Shown here in pieces: positions 26,250 to 40,200 of a stretch of DNA of 64,000 nucleotides. A program made the translations under genes and the position numbers. How positions within the stretch are numbered: position 1 is the stretch's first letter; each line of letters starts with the position of its first letter. The notes beneath the pieces were generated by a model. It was given only the letters and a program-made list of their open reading frames with translations, was not told the DNA's origin and ran no database searches. Where the stretch lies: NCBI RefSeq assembly GCF_964355755.1, contig NC_092675.1, forward strand, positions 26,942,912 to 27,006,911, in the 5' to 3' direction. This DNA comes from Antedon mediterranea (lineage: Eukaryota; Animalia; Echinodermata).

Positions 26250-26747
26250 ACCTACAACTCTTATAATGTCAATGGATCAACAAGTGTTCCTTTTGATTAG
26301 AAAAGACTATGCCTGTTTTCCCACTGTGCTGTTCATATTTCCATGTTCCCGCAATTTCATTTCTCTGACGAATTCTAGTTCCTAGAGTTTTTTTTTTCGA
26401 TTTAGAAAATGGTTTTTGTTTGAACTGTGCAACCAATCAATCTTGGAATTAATGATAAATAAAATACAGGCTTTAGGCCAAATGTTTCTTTAACATTCTT
26501 GTTCAGGTTTTGTATAGACCTACAACTCTTATAATGTCAATGTATCATTGATTGTTCCTTTTAATAGAAAAAGATTAAGCCTTTTTTGCACCTAAGCGAA
26601 TTTGTTTAGGCGAATCAAAACCGTCTGCACGTACGTGTGTTCACCTTCTATATGTAGTGACTACTTATTAGAGCATTCATGTAATGATATAATTACTACT
26701 ATTTAGTTACATTATTATGCTGTAACACAAATCCAATTCACAATTAG

Positions 26748-27191
26748 GCAACACCTTCAAAAATAGCAGCAATATAGCCACACCTTCAACAATAGCAGCA
26801 ATAGCAACACCATCAACAATATAGCAGCAATAGCAACACCTTCAACAATAGCAGCAATATAGCCACACATTCAACAATAGCAGCAATATAGCCACACCTT
26901 CAACAATAGCAGCAATAGCAACACCTTCAACAATAGCAGCAATATAGCCACACCTTCAACAATAGCAGCAATATAGCCACACCTTCAACAATAGCAGCAA
27001 TATAGCCACACCTTCAACAATAGCAGCAATATAGCCACACCTTCAACAATAGCAGCAATAGCAACACCATCAACAATAGCAGCAATAGCAACACCTTCAA
27101 CAATAGCAGCAATAGCAACACCATCAACAATAGCAGCAATAGCAACACCTTCAACAATAGCAGCAATATAGCCACACCTTCAACAATAGCA
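26748..27191. repeat. minisatellite of ~27-29 bp units (caacaatagcagcaatatagccacaccttc variants)
   Basis: Direct inspection; explains the spurious poly-Leu ORF 27014-27214. Confidence 0.92.
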
Positions 27192-28285
27192 TTGTTTCTA
27201 AATAACACATACACCCAAATTGCTATTCACAATAACACAATTGAATACAAATTGATTGTCCAGTGACTCCCACTTTACAATGGTAAAGTCCATTGTTGGG
27301 TGCGGCTTTTTACAGTGGTGTTTTTTTTTCGATTTCCCATTTTTACAGCAAGGTGAGTTCTTTTTTTCTCTTTTGTGCCACTACCACTTTTATTCATTCA
27401 AATACATTAAAGATGTTCGGTAATATTTGTCTTTCTATTACACTCTTTTTTCATTATTTTCTTGAATTTACACATAGTAAATATAAAATAAAAAAACACA
27501 TAATAGCTAATTTTTTTAATATCTTTACAGTATAGCATATAGGGCTACTTTGGTATATATAAATTGGCTATAAAATATCTCATCAAGAACACCATGATTG
27601 AGTAGTCAAAAACAAAATGTCTGTAATTATATTGGTAATTATTCAACTATATTATACTGAAAATATCAAGTGTTTTAAAAATTATAACAATATCAATGTA
27701 GGCCACTTGAATCAAAACAAAATCATAACAACGACCATTTAACATGTAGGCCTAACTGCTGAATACCTGAATATAAGAAGGGTCCAAGTCCACACAATAG
27801 TGTTTTGAGAACAAAAAACATCATATTTTGTTGGTATTCTTGTTTATATGACAACTTATGTATTCATATCTAAATGTAAAATGATATAGTACATGATTAT
27901 ACGCGCTTCTGTCGTTGCATCATGGGAACGCGTTTAAGACAATGGACTTGGGCCCTTATAATCATGTTGTATAGTGAAACATACATATTCGTCAACGGAG
28001 AGCGCTATCAATTGTGTGTAAGAAGGGCCCAAGGCCCAGGAGTTGGGCCCTTCTTCTATACATAGAGGTATTCTACCACGTGTCAATAGTACTTAGAGAG
28101 TGGACTTGGGTATATAATTCATACACAAGGTAGCCCTATGCATAAGTGACCATTCCATAAATTTGGCCAAATGACTTGCTTAAAAAGAATTTACAGAACA
28201 ATGTAATTAAAGATACCAACGATGTCGGCATTTCTTTATTATTATATCCTCATCATAGTACAATTATTATTTATCATAAACTATT

Positions 28286-28716
28286 ATCTTTAATAATGTT
28301 GCTCTATTTTATTTTTATTTTTTATTTCGCTTTCTTTCAGTAGGGTAGCCCTCTCAGTAATAAAATAAAACTGCTCTTCCGAGGGGCCCTACGGCACATT
28401 TAAACAAAATTTGAAAACAACTTAAACTAAACTTAAACTAAAACTTAAACTAAAACTAAACTTCAATGCATGTTCTCATTATTATTATAACTTTTATACC
28501 ATATTTAAATATATTTCACTGCAACCATCCTATACCACCGGCAACAATAAATGAATCTTAACAAGTGATTTAAAACGGTTATAATTGTTTTGTTTTCTTA
28601 ATTCATAAGGTAGGCCATTCCAGAGTGAACTTCCATAATAAAAAAAACTACGTTTGTATATTTCGAGGTTACATCTGGACAAATACAACAGATTATTTTC
28701 ATAGTTTCTGGTTTGA
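28286..28716 (-). mobile_element. 5'-truncated LINE 3' fragment inserted in the duplicated B2 upstream region
   Basis: ORF 28530-28733(-) KRSFFYYGSSLWNGLP...FKSLVKIHL is LINE ORF2 C-terminus-like; A-rich tail on - strand at 28286-28326; flanks are nearly contiguous in the paralogous copy at ~21320-21345. Confidence 0.7.
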
Positions 28717-30447
28717 ATAATGTTATGTATCATATTTATAAAGCAGCAGTGAAATCATCCAGTTTGGTCCAGGGTGGTTGGTGGTGCATTGCGTTTATTG
28801 ACATTTGCACGCGTTTCTGGTGGAAAGAATGTTATTTGTGACAGGAAACGTGTTTTTAGAGATTTTTTGTCTGACGAAATGAATAATAATATTCTTATAG
28901 TAATCATATTGTATAATTGAGATAACAGGAGTGGACATTTTATTTCATTACTATCATTTTAGAAATGTTGAATATTCTGTAATTATATAATTTTGCCAAT
29001 ATTACACCTAGTCATTGTACGTGTATGTGTTATAACTATTAATTCAATTCAATTTCTTTTATTTCGGAAATTTCATCCATATCAACAAATGTACAATAGC
29101 TAATAAACAATATTAAATTTTGTTTCCCAAAGGAAAGGAAGTAGGCCTATCGAAATGTCTCGATGATTCGGTTGTTATGCTACAGCCGGTCGGTCTTCAT
29201 TCGATGTCGCTGTCTACTGCCTGTCTGTATTTGACGCGTGTTACCAATTTCTCATACATGATACAACAACGAATGATAATTGTTCGGTACTATTGTTTTA
29301 ATTATATCAGGAAAAAGTAATTTCACCTTTCCCCGAGTAGGCCTATATGGCCTACACAACGTTTACGGTGTATCTAATGAAGTAGTATCCGGTGCTTTTC
29401 ATCCGGTGCTCTACCTATTTGATTGTGGATAACTGTAATTAGTCCAATGCATTTGTGCTCTGTTCCAGATAAATATGTAACTCCTTTGTATATTGTGATT
29501 GTAGGCAGTTCTATAGTGAATGCTGCGGTATTCGTGGTTTTCACCATGTGTTTTATGTATTACAGTTGTAGGCAGTTCTATAGTGAATGCTGCGGTATTA
29601 GTGGTTTTCACCATGTGTTTTATGTATGTATTACAGTGATTGTAGGCAGTTCTATAGTGAATGCTGCAGTATTAGTGGTTTTCACCATGTGTTTTATGTA
29701 TTACAGTCCCACAATAGCTCTATTCATTTCATTCTATCTGTGATGAGAAGGGGAAATACATTCATAGAGAAAACAATCTATTGAAATTATTTAATAAATC
29801 AAGAGTTGAACCATGAAAACATTGATAACCGTCGTTCTTACTCCTACCATGGAGACTTATTTCTCCATGCTCCTACTCACTCTAGCGTGGACTGCCAATT
29901 ACTGCAATTAACTTGTCTGATGCTCAGCAACCGGCATTCAAAGTTGCGGCAGGATAGACTCTTTTGAATGCGACAGTAATCCTGTCGATACCACAGGGAG
30001 TTCCCCATTTCATTACGGATGAATTAATCTGCAGAATGTTTGAAATATTTCTTTGAGCTATATAAGCGTCATGATGTATTCCACAATACGCACAACTGCA
30101 CAAGCACAACATTGTCGAATGAAATACATTTCATCTAACACGTCGGCACACACACGGATTGATAACTCGCATGTGTTACAACATAATTATTCAGAAATAG
30201 TGACAACTATTTGAAAAATAAAGGTAAATTTCTTTCGTAGGCTACTCTACATTCGTTTAAGCCAATAAGTAGGAAAATCCGGGATTATAGTTCCGGTACG
30301 TTGCTGCTTTGAAGTACAAATTATTATCTTCTTATTTTTAGATTTCAAGTTATCTCAAACGTAAGAGTTTACACTCAGTAGAAGGCCTATTCGCATTAGG
30401 CTAACAAGGATAAACCTGTAAAAAATAAACATTTGTTATAGTTTATA

Positions 30448-31900
30448 ATGTTGTCTATTTTCCAAATGCTATTGTGTTGTGTGTCAATACCGGGCACAAT
30501 GTCTTGTTGGAGTACATCAGATTGCCCCGTGTGCCCCGAAGAACAGAAGACAACAACTACACAGCCCAGCTTAACTTTGATCTCCGGTGTAGAAGCATCA
30601 CCACCCATACTCTCGGATGAACAGTCAGACATCCTTCGAGAATTAGGTGATCAACTAGACAGCCTATCATGTGACAAATTGGAGAATACTGTTTACAATA
30701 CAACACAACTTCCTTCACCACCGATAGAGTTAGACGGCAACCAGGCGATGATTCTCAAAGATGTTTTTCCCGAGCTTAAAAATAACAACACAGGTCAAAA
30801 TAACCAGACAAATGGTTGTAACCAGATTGAGTAAGTTTAAACATCTATTAAAATAATAATATAAACAATAACAAAAAAAGTTGAAGTGAGACGTATGAAA
30901 TACAAGCATTAAAAAACCCTCCGAATATACCATAGAACACCTTATAGCACACGTTATTTGAAACAATGTTATATTTATAATGAATATGGTACTAAAAAAT
31001 GTTGTTTTACAGAACTGGGTTGTCTAAAAAACGGAGTGTTAACGCCGCAAACGTGTGTGCATTTGAAACCGCAGATATAGCCCTTAACCTTGCGCTAGAT
31101 AAGCGTGGATCTCCTGTTTACGTGGCACAGGTAGGCTACGCTAAATTTTAGAAGTTACGCTAAATAGATGAAAATAATATTTTTAGTGTGTATATCAGCC
31201 TATTCGTTTTCTATTCAATTTTAGATGTATCGTATATTTTCAGAAAAAAAAAAAATTCAAATCAAATCATCATTATGTTTACTATTTTAAAGAACTTTAT
31301 TCTGTGAGTCACCCTGCACCGAAGATTATAATAAAGCGCCGTATTAATTTTAAAAAAGTTAATCATATTTTGAGTATGCATAGGCCTAATGCATAGGCCT
31401 ACTCGTGGTTTGAAATCTTTGTTTACTTTCGCTCGCGACGATTTTCCAGACGAAATGTAATCAAATAAATTTACCTGTTAATTGCTTAAACTTTTTGTTT
31501 TTGGCTCGAATTTTCGACCTAAAATGAATAACTGTAATATTACATTGATATGGCCAATTTAAATTTAGAATATTTTGACCTTCATTGTTTTTGTTTCAAA
31601 GGACAATACATCTTTAATCAAAGAATGTCCGTAACGTGTACGTAAATTCCAGAAATCTGTAAAATTTTCATCTTTAACAAATTTGTTTTTTTGTTATATT
31701 CACAGAACACGCGATACAACCTTCTACAAATGTTTCAAGAAAACCTTTGCTTGAGTACTGACTGCGGGGGAGGCTTACAATGCTCTTGCAACAATCAATT
31801 TACTCACAACGCAATGGCTGTTGTGAGTTATCTGAAAGGGAATAATCTCAGATTCTACCAAGCAGACATACAGTTACGTTCTTGTTCAGGTTTTGTATAG
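30448..31900 (+). CDS. secreted neurotrophin/Spaetzle-like precursor, paralog B2 (231 aa)
   Basis: Exons 30448-30830, 31013-31130, 31706-31900 (phases 2,0). KKR site then SVNAANVCAFET...LALDKRGSPVYVAQ|NTRYNLLQMFQENLCLSTDCGGGLQCSC...IQLRSCSGFV*; near-identical to B1. Confidence 0.88.
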
Positions 31901-32136
31901 ACCTACAACTTTGAATAGAAAAGACTATGCCTGTTTTCCCACTGTGCTGTTCATAATTTCATTTCTCTGACGAATTCTAGTTCCTAGAGTTTTTTTTTCG
32001 ATTTAGAAAATGGTTTTGAATAGCTTCTACGTTTGTTCGAACTGTGCAACCAATCAATCTTCGAATTAATGATAAATAAAATACAGGCTTTAGGCCAAAT
32101 GTTTCTTTAAAAGGTAATGACCCTTCTTCCTTCCTA

Positions 32137-32317
32137 AAGCTTGGTTCCCACTAGAACGTAACGCACGGACGTAAACGCAACGCAAGCGTTTTAACCAAAG
32201 ACAAGCGAAGTTAAAGACAGTTCGCAATCACAAGCGAATAAGCCATCGCTTGTGATTGGTCAATTCACTTGCGTTGCGTTACGTCATTGCGTTGCGTCGC
32301 TAGTGGGAACCAAGCTT
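32137..32317. mobile_element. MITE with 18-bp terminal inverted repeats
   Basis: aagcttggttcccactag ... ctagtgggaaccaagctt, internally palindromic. Confidence 0.85.
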
Positions 32318-32943
32318 AAAATAGCCAAGCAAGGATTTATGCAAATATATAGTTTATACTAATTGAATTTAATATTTCTTTTGCCTTTTATTAAGCTTAT
32401 TTATTATAATCTAGAATTTGAATCCTAATTTATGATAATCAAAAAAATTGTATGACGGTACTAAAGTATCTAGTATCTGAAAGGTTCTTTTTGTACTGTA
32501 CACTATAACTATATACTAAAACGGTCAAGTAATGCAGTACAAACAATTACTATTATTGTTACATCAAATACCTATATATTTCTAACTGTAACACAAATCC
32601 CATTCACAATTAATTATTATTATTATTATTATTATTATTTATTGCCAAAAACCAGTTACAAACAAACAGAACACAGAAACTAAGGGAGTAGGCAGGAACC
32701 TAAAAGTGAACCTAATCACTATAACAAGAGTTCAGGTTCCGTACTCCCAAAGTAACAACAATGATATAAAATAAACTTAATGATGATATTCTCGAATTAT
32801 GTTTTTAAAATGTTAGGATAATAAGTTCTCAACCGGATGGTATCAGTAATAAATGACTAACATTATATGGGTATGCGCAACTAGCCTCCATATTTAAAAA
32901 AGGGTAATATCAAGAACAGTTTAAAAGCAGCAGCAGCAACAAC

Positions 32944-33352
32944 AACAGTAAAGCTTGGGTAAATAAAACGAAACACAAGAACGTAAACAGCAACAGCATT
33001 ACAGCAGTGACAACAGTAAAGCTTGGGTAAATAAAACGAAACACAAGAACGTAAACAGCAACAGCATTACAGCAGTGACAACAGTAAAGCTTGGGTAAAT
33101 AAAACGAAACACAAGAACGTAAACAGCAACAGCATTACAGCAGTGACAACAGTAAAGCTTGGGTAAATAAAACGAAACACAAGAACGTAAACAGCAACAG
33201 CATTACAGTAGTGACAACAGTAGGCTTGGGTAAATAAAACAAAACACAAGAACGTAAACAGCAACAGCATTACAGCAGTGACAACAGTAAAGCTTGGGTA
33301 AATAAAACGAAACACAAGAACGTAAACAGCAACAACATTACAACAGTGACAA
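32944..33352. repeat. 68-bp minisatellite, 6 copies
   Basis: gcttgggtaaataaaac recurs every 68 bp (units at about 32951, 33019, 33087, 33155, 33223, 33291). Confidence 0.93.
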
Positions 33353-34282
33353 TAGCCACACCATCATTGTACTATTTATACACAACACCATATAAGTACA
33401 GTAATACATCGGTTAACATTTATTATATATTTAATACCAGCCACTGCCGTGGTACCTTACTCTCAATAACAAAATACCTTAGTAATTATTGCTTATTTAT
33501 GTATTATATATTTATGCTACTACTGTGATCTACACACCTTAAATAATTTAATTCTTAATTGTTTTTTGGCTATTTCGGGGGCTACTCTTGTCATACTAGT
33601 TCGCTGTGTTACGGATATTTTATGAGACCTGAGTAGGACCCAGGTGAATTCCACTGAGTGTCGGTAAATTATTAGTACCGAGTAGGCCTACGTGGAATAT
33701 AATATTTTATTGGGGGCGAGATAATTGTCAAGAATTATACCAGCCCAATTGAGCGACTAGCTAAGTAGCACCATAATAGTAAGATGGGATGATGATGGGG
33801 ATGGTTGGGTGGGAAAATAAAATCTGACTGATGCTAGCGTGTTGCTGTAACATCAATGATACATGTCCAGTTTGTTATACTATGTATAGTCAATCTGATC
33901 TATTTGATAGGGACACCTGTTTTTATAAATATGTCGCCTAGTCTTTTAAGTTTAATTTATTAGTACGGTAACCTTGTGTACAATACCAATTCTCCTTAAA
34001 AAAGTAGACTTAAAGGAGGCAGTACCAAACCCATCCATCAACTGTCACTTGTTGAGGTCACTATAGTGTAGGTATAATTATCTATTGATATTCAATGCCC
34101 TTGTAGTGGAGTCCGGGTTACTCCAGATGGTATTGTGTATAAACTATAATTTAGTTTCCCAAATTTGCTTTTATACACAACACCATATAAGTACAGTAAT
34201 ACATCGGTTAACATTTATTATATATTTAATACCAGCCACTGCCGTGGTACCTTACTCTCAATAACAAAATACCTTAGTAATT

Positions 34283-37200
34283 AGTTATCCGCTTGGTATA
34301 CCAAGCGGATAATTAGTTATCCGCTTGGTATACCAAGCGGATAACTCCTTGTTATTGTATGAGATCAACAGTTTTTTGGTTATCCGCAACGAAGTTGCAG
34401 GATAACCTCTTGTGATTGTACGAAATCATCAACATCAACTTTTTAGTTATCCGCACTTGGCGGATAACTCCTTGTTATTGTATGGGATCATCACTTTTTT
34501 TTTCTGTATTATTAGTTATCCGCACTTGGCGGATAACTCCTTGTTATTGTATGGGATCATCACTTTTTTTTTCTGTATTATTCTTCTTTCTTTCCTTCCA
34601 TTTTTGTGTAGAGCGTTTCTCTGAAATGTGTAAACATAACATTTCATAACTTTGACAACATGTGGGCATTTACGTGAACTTGTGCACCTCCTATTTTTGA
34701 ATGACGTCAGAGTTGCGTAACGTGACTTACGCGCGATTTTATGAATTTCGCGTATTTAACATAGATCGAAAATCATAAAACATTTTAAACTGAAACTTGG
34801 CAAAAGCTTAATTTATATCTTACGCTAACTTTCTATCGATTAAAAATGGCATGTTTTGCAAGAAATTACGCGCGCACGCGCATTTAAAATTTCACTTTCT
34901 TCCTTTTTTTGTGAGCCCTTTTTCTCTAAAATGTGTAAACAGAACATATCGTAACTTTGTCAAAATATAGACATTTACGTGAAGTTGTGCACCTCCTATG
35001 TTTGAAAAACGTCAGAGTTGCGCAACGTGACTTGCACGCAATTTTATGAATTTAAATGATTGATCAGAGGTTAAAAACCAAAAGTCGATTTGTATTGAGA
35101 CTTTGTGAAAATTTAATTTATATCAAGAGTCAATTTTCTGTGGATTAAAAATGGCATGTTTCACACAAAGTTACGCGCGCACGCGCATTTAAAATTTCAA
35201 AATGCGCAAAATTAATTTCTAATCAGTTTTCTACGCGTTTCATGTAATTTTAAGCATGTCAAAAATTCCCACGCACCCGCAAATTGTTACGTGCGCGGTG
35301 CGCATGTAGCGTTGAAAACATATTTTTTTCTCGTGATTTATGTTTTTCTAGCTTTTTTTAGTAATTTTACCAACTTTTAAACAATTTTGACTTAAAATCA
35401 CGTCATACGAGCACGTCGAATTTAACAATTTGTGCGCTTTTTTGATGAAAAAGTTCAAAAATTTGTCAAAATTATGCCTTTTTTTAAACAGTCGTAATTT
35501 CTAAACTGCACGGTCAACTTTTTGTGGATAACATATTCTGGAAGTTGATTAGTTGTATATCGGATCACGTATTAATATGGCTAACCGGACATTATGACGT
35601 CATCGTATGGCCACGCAAATATAAAATAAAGGATTTTTGTATCTTTCGTTATAGGTCATCACATTTAATAGAGCGCATCTCAACTTAGCCGTTTTCCATT
35701 TTCACCCCGATTTTGATATTATCTAGGTAAATCAACTATCTTTCGTATGAGTTAAAAATATTTTAATTTTTATGACGTCATCATGTCTAAAAATGTAAAT
35801 AACGTGGGTCACTTATCTTCGTCTTTACAGTAAATTTCAATCTGTTATAGCTCGTCAGAATAAAACGTGATAATCATAATTAAAACGTTTTCTGGAAGCT
35901 ATTGGATTGTAGATACGAATTTATGTAAACATTTTGCCAATCGGATGTTGTGACGTCATCATATGGCCAGTTGAATAAAAAAAGTCGTATTTTCATATTT
36001 TGCGTAATAGTTCATCACATTTAAAAGGGCGCGCATCTATATTTTACGTATTCAAATTTCTTCTACACGTTAATATGTTGTTGCTGAGATAATTTCCTTC
36101 CGAAATTGCTATCTTAGTGTTTCATCGTGATACCGTCGCCATGTTACAAATTTGAATAAATGGCGGGTCCCGTAAATTCACCTATTCTACACTGTATGTA
36201 ACATGTATACAGATTATACTGTTTGCATGTATATACTATATGACACAAAATTGACAGAATTCAGCACTAACATCATATCATATTCTTCAGATCAGGTCAT
36301 AATGCGATAATTTTTTTCTGTGTGCAATATTCTAACGTATGACGTGCGCGTGGCGTTTGTCGTGCGGATAACTAACTCGTCAAAGTGACGAGTTACATGT
36401 CTAGTTCTTCTTTCTTTCCTTCCATTTTTGTGTAGAGCGTTTCTCTGAAATGTGTAAACATAACATTTCATAACTTTGACAACATGTGGGCATTTACGTG
36501 AACTTGTGCACCTCCTATTTTTGAATGACGTCAGAGTTGCGTAACGTGACTTACGCGCGATTTTATGAATTTCGCGTATTTAACATAGATCGAAAATCAT
36601 AAAACATTTTAAACTGAAACTTGGCAAAAGCTTAATTTATATCTTACGCTAACTTTCTATCGATTAAAAATGGCATGTTTTGCAAGAAATTACGCGCGCA
36701 CGCGCATTTAAAATTTCACTTTCTTCCTTTTTTTGTGAGCCCTTTTTCTCTAAAATGTGTAAACAGAACATATCGTAACTTTGTCAAAATATAGACATTT
36801 ACGTGAAGTTGTGCACCTCCTATGTTTGAAAAACGTCAGAGTTGCGCAACGTGACTTGCACGCAATTTTATGAATTTAAATGATTGATCAGAGGTTAAAA
36901 ACCAAAAGTCGATTTGTATTGAGACTTTGTGAAAATTTAATTTATATCAAGAGTCAATTTTCTGTGGATTAAAAATGGCATGTTTCACACAAAGTTACGC
37001 GCGCACGCGCATTTAAAATTTCAAAATGCGCAAAATTAATTTCTAATCAGTTTTCTACGCGTTTCATGTAATTTTAAGCATGTCAAAAATTCCCACGCAC
37101 CCGCAAATTGTTACGTGCGCGGTGCGCATGTAGCGTTGAAAACATATTTTTTTCTCGTGATTTATGTTTTTCTAGCTTTTTTTAGTAATTTTACCAACTT

Positions 37201-40200
37201 TTAAACAATTTTGACTTAAAATCACGTCATACGAGCACGTCGAATTTAACAATTTGTGCGCTTTTTTGATGAAAAAGTTCAAAAATTTGTCAAAATTATG
37301 CCTTTTTTTAAACAGTCGTAATTTCTAAACTGCACGGTCAACTTTTTGTGGATAACATATTCTGGAAGTTGATTAGTTGTATATCGGATCACGTATTAAT
37401 ATGGCTAACCGGACATTATGACGTCATCGTATGGCCACGCAAATATAAAATAAAGGATTTTTGTATCTTTCGTTATAGGTCATCACATTTAATAGAGCGC
37501 ATCTCAACTTAGCCGTTTTCCATTTTCACCCCGATTTTGATATTATCTAGGTAAATCAACTATCTTTCGTATGAGTTAAAAATATTTTAATTTTTATGAC
37601 GTCATCATGTCTAAAAATGTAAATAACGTGGGTCACTTATCTTCGTCTTTACAGTAAATTTCAATCTGTTATAGCTCGTCAGAATAAAACGTGATAATCA
37701 TAATTAAAACGTTTTCTGGAAGCTATTGGATTGTAGATACGAATTTATGTAAACATTTTGCCAATCGGATGTTGTGACGTCATCATATGGCCAGTTGAAT
37801 AAAAAAAGTCGTATTTTCATATTTTGCGTAATAGTTCATCACATTTAAAAGGGCGCGCATCTATATTTTACGTATTCAAATTTCTTCTACACGTTAATAT
37901 GTTGTTGCTGAGATAATTTCCTTCCGAAATTGCTATCTTAGTGTTTCATCGTGATACCGTCGCCATGTTACAAATTTGAATAAATGGCGGGTCCCGTAAA
38001 TTCACCTATTCTACACTGTATGTAACATGTATACAGATTATACTGTTTGCATGTATATACTATATGACACAAAATTGACAGAATTCAGCACTAACATCAT
38101 ATCATATTCTTCAGATCAGGTCATAATGCGATAATTTTTTTCTGTGTGCAATATTCTAACGTATGACGTGCGCGTGGCGTTTGTCGTGCGGATAACTAAC
38201 TCGTCAAAGTGACGAGTTACATGTCTAGTTATTTCTCTTCTTTCTTTCTGTATGATTTTTGTGGAACGCTTTTCTCTAAAACTTGCAAACATAACATTTT
38301 GTAACTTTTTCAACATATCGTCATGCACATGAAGATGTGCAGCGAAGCTTTTCATGATGTTTACAATTGCGCAACGTGACGTACGCGCGATTTAACGATT
38401 TTGTCGTATTTAACATAGCTCGACAACCAAATAACATTTCAACTTGAAACTTTGCAAAAGTTTAATTTATATCATGCGCTAACTTTCTGTTGAAAAAAAA
38501 TTGCGTGTTTTACACAAAGTTACGCGCGCACGCGCATTTAAAATTTCAAAATGCGCAAAATTAATTTATAATCAACTTTCTACGCGTTTCATGTCGTTTT
38601 AAGCATGTCAAAAATTCCCACGCGTGCGCACATTTTTACGTGTGCGGTGCGCACGTAGCATTCAAAACGTATTTTTTTCGCGTGATTTATAATTTTCCAG
38701 CCTTTTCTAGTAATTTTACCAAATTTTAAACAATTTCGACTTAAAGATACGTCATACGAGCACGTCGAATTGGACAATTTTCGCGCGTTTTTTATGAAAA
38801 GGTTAAAAAATTCGTTTAAAATATGCCTTTTTTTAAACAGTCGTAATTTCTAAACTAGACGGTCAACTTTTTGTGGATGACATATTCTGGAAGTAGATGA
38901 GTTATAGATATCGGATCAGGTATTAATATGGCTAACCGGATATTGTGACGTTATCGTATGGCCACGCGAATATAAAATTTACGATTTTTGTATCTTTCGT
39001 CATAGCTCATCACATTGAATAGAGCGCATCTCCACTTATCCGTTTTCCATTTTCACCCCGATTTTGATATTGTCTAGGTCAATCAACTATCTTTCGAATG
39101 AGTTAAAAATATTTTAATTTTTTTGACGTCATCATGCCTAAAAATTTAAATCACGTGTGGCATTAATTTCATCTTTACTGTAAATTTTAATCTGTTATAG
39201 CTCGTAAGAATAAAATGTGATAATCACGATTAAAACTTTTTCTGGAAGCTATTGGATTGTAGATACGAAATTATGTTAAAATGTTGCCAATCGGATGTTG
39301 TGACGTCATCATATGGCCAGTTAAATAAAAAAGGTCGTATTTTCATCTTTTGCGTCATAATCCATTACACTTAAAAGAGCGCGCATCAATATTTCACGTA
39401 TTCAAATTTCTTCTACACGCTAATACGTTGTTGCTGAGATAATTTCTTTTCGGAATTGCTACCTTCGCGTTTCATTTTAAAACCGTCAACATGTTAAAAA
39501 TTGCAATAAATAGCGGGTCCCGTAATTTCACCTATTCTACACTGTATGTGATATGGATACAGATTATACTGTGTATATACTATATATGAATTTAAATAAT
39601 AAAATTCAGCAATAACAACATATCATATTCTTCAGTTCAGGTCATAATGCCAACGTGAACACTTCCTTTTGTCCTCAACCTATCCTCTTAATGTTAATGT
39701 TGCACCACTTGCGCGGCGGATAACCAAACTCGTCAAAGTGACGAGTTACATGTCTAGTTTCTGTATTATTAGTTATCCGCATTGAGCGGATAACTCCTTG
39801 TAACTGTCCTGTTTCATCATCTTTTTTTTTTTTTTTTTCTGTATTCTTCTTTCTTTCTGTCATTTTTGTGTCTCGCGTAACTCAAAAACGTGTAAACATA
39901 ACATTTCATAACTTTGTCAACATGTGGGCATTTACGTGAAATTGTGCACCTCCTATTTTTGAATGACGTCAGAGTTGCGCAACATGACTTACGCGCGTTT
40001 TTCCGAATTTCGCGTATTTAACATAGATCGAAAACCATATAACAATTTAAATTGAAACTGAAAAAAAGTTTAAGTTATATCTTGCGCTAACTGACTATGG
40101 AGAAAAAATGGCATGTTCCACACGAAGTTAGGCGCGCACGCGCGTTTAAAATTTCAAATTGCGAAAAATCAATTTATAATCAACTTTCTACGCGTTTCAT

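Noticed and set aside
27014-27214. Poly-Leu membrane-like ORF
   Set aside because: Translation of a minisatellite.
29423-29743. Hydrophobic ORF with repeated TM-like segments
   Set aside because: Produced by a local ~67-bp triplication of upstream DNA; the single-copy paralogous region near 21965 has no such ORF.
31013-31040. Apparent frameshift in B2 exon 2 relative to B1
   Set aside because: Recounting the A run gives an in-frame 6-nt difference (TGLSKKRSV).
33067-33315. Repetitive hydrophobic ORF
   Set aside because: Translation of the 68-bp minisatellite.
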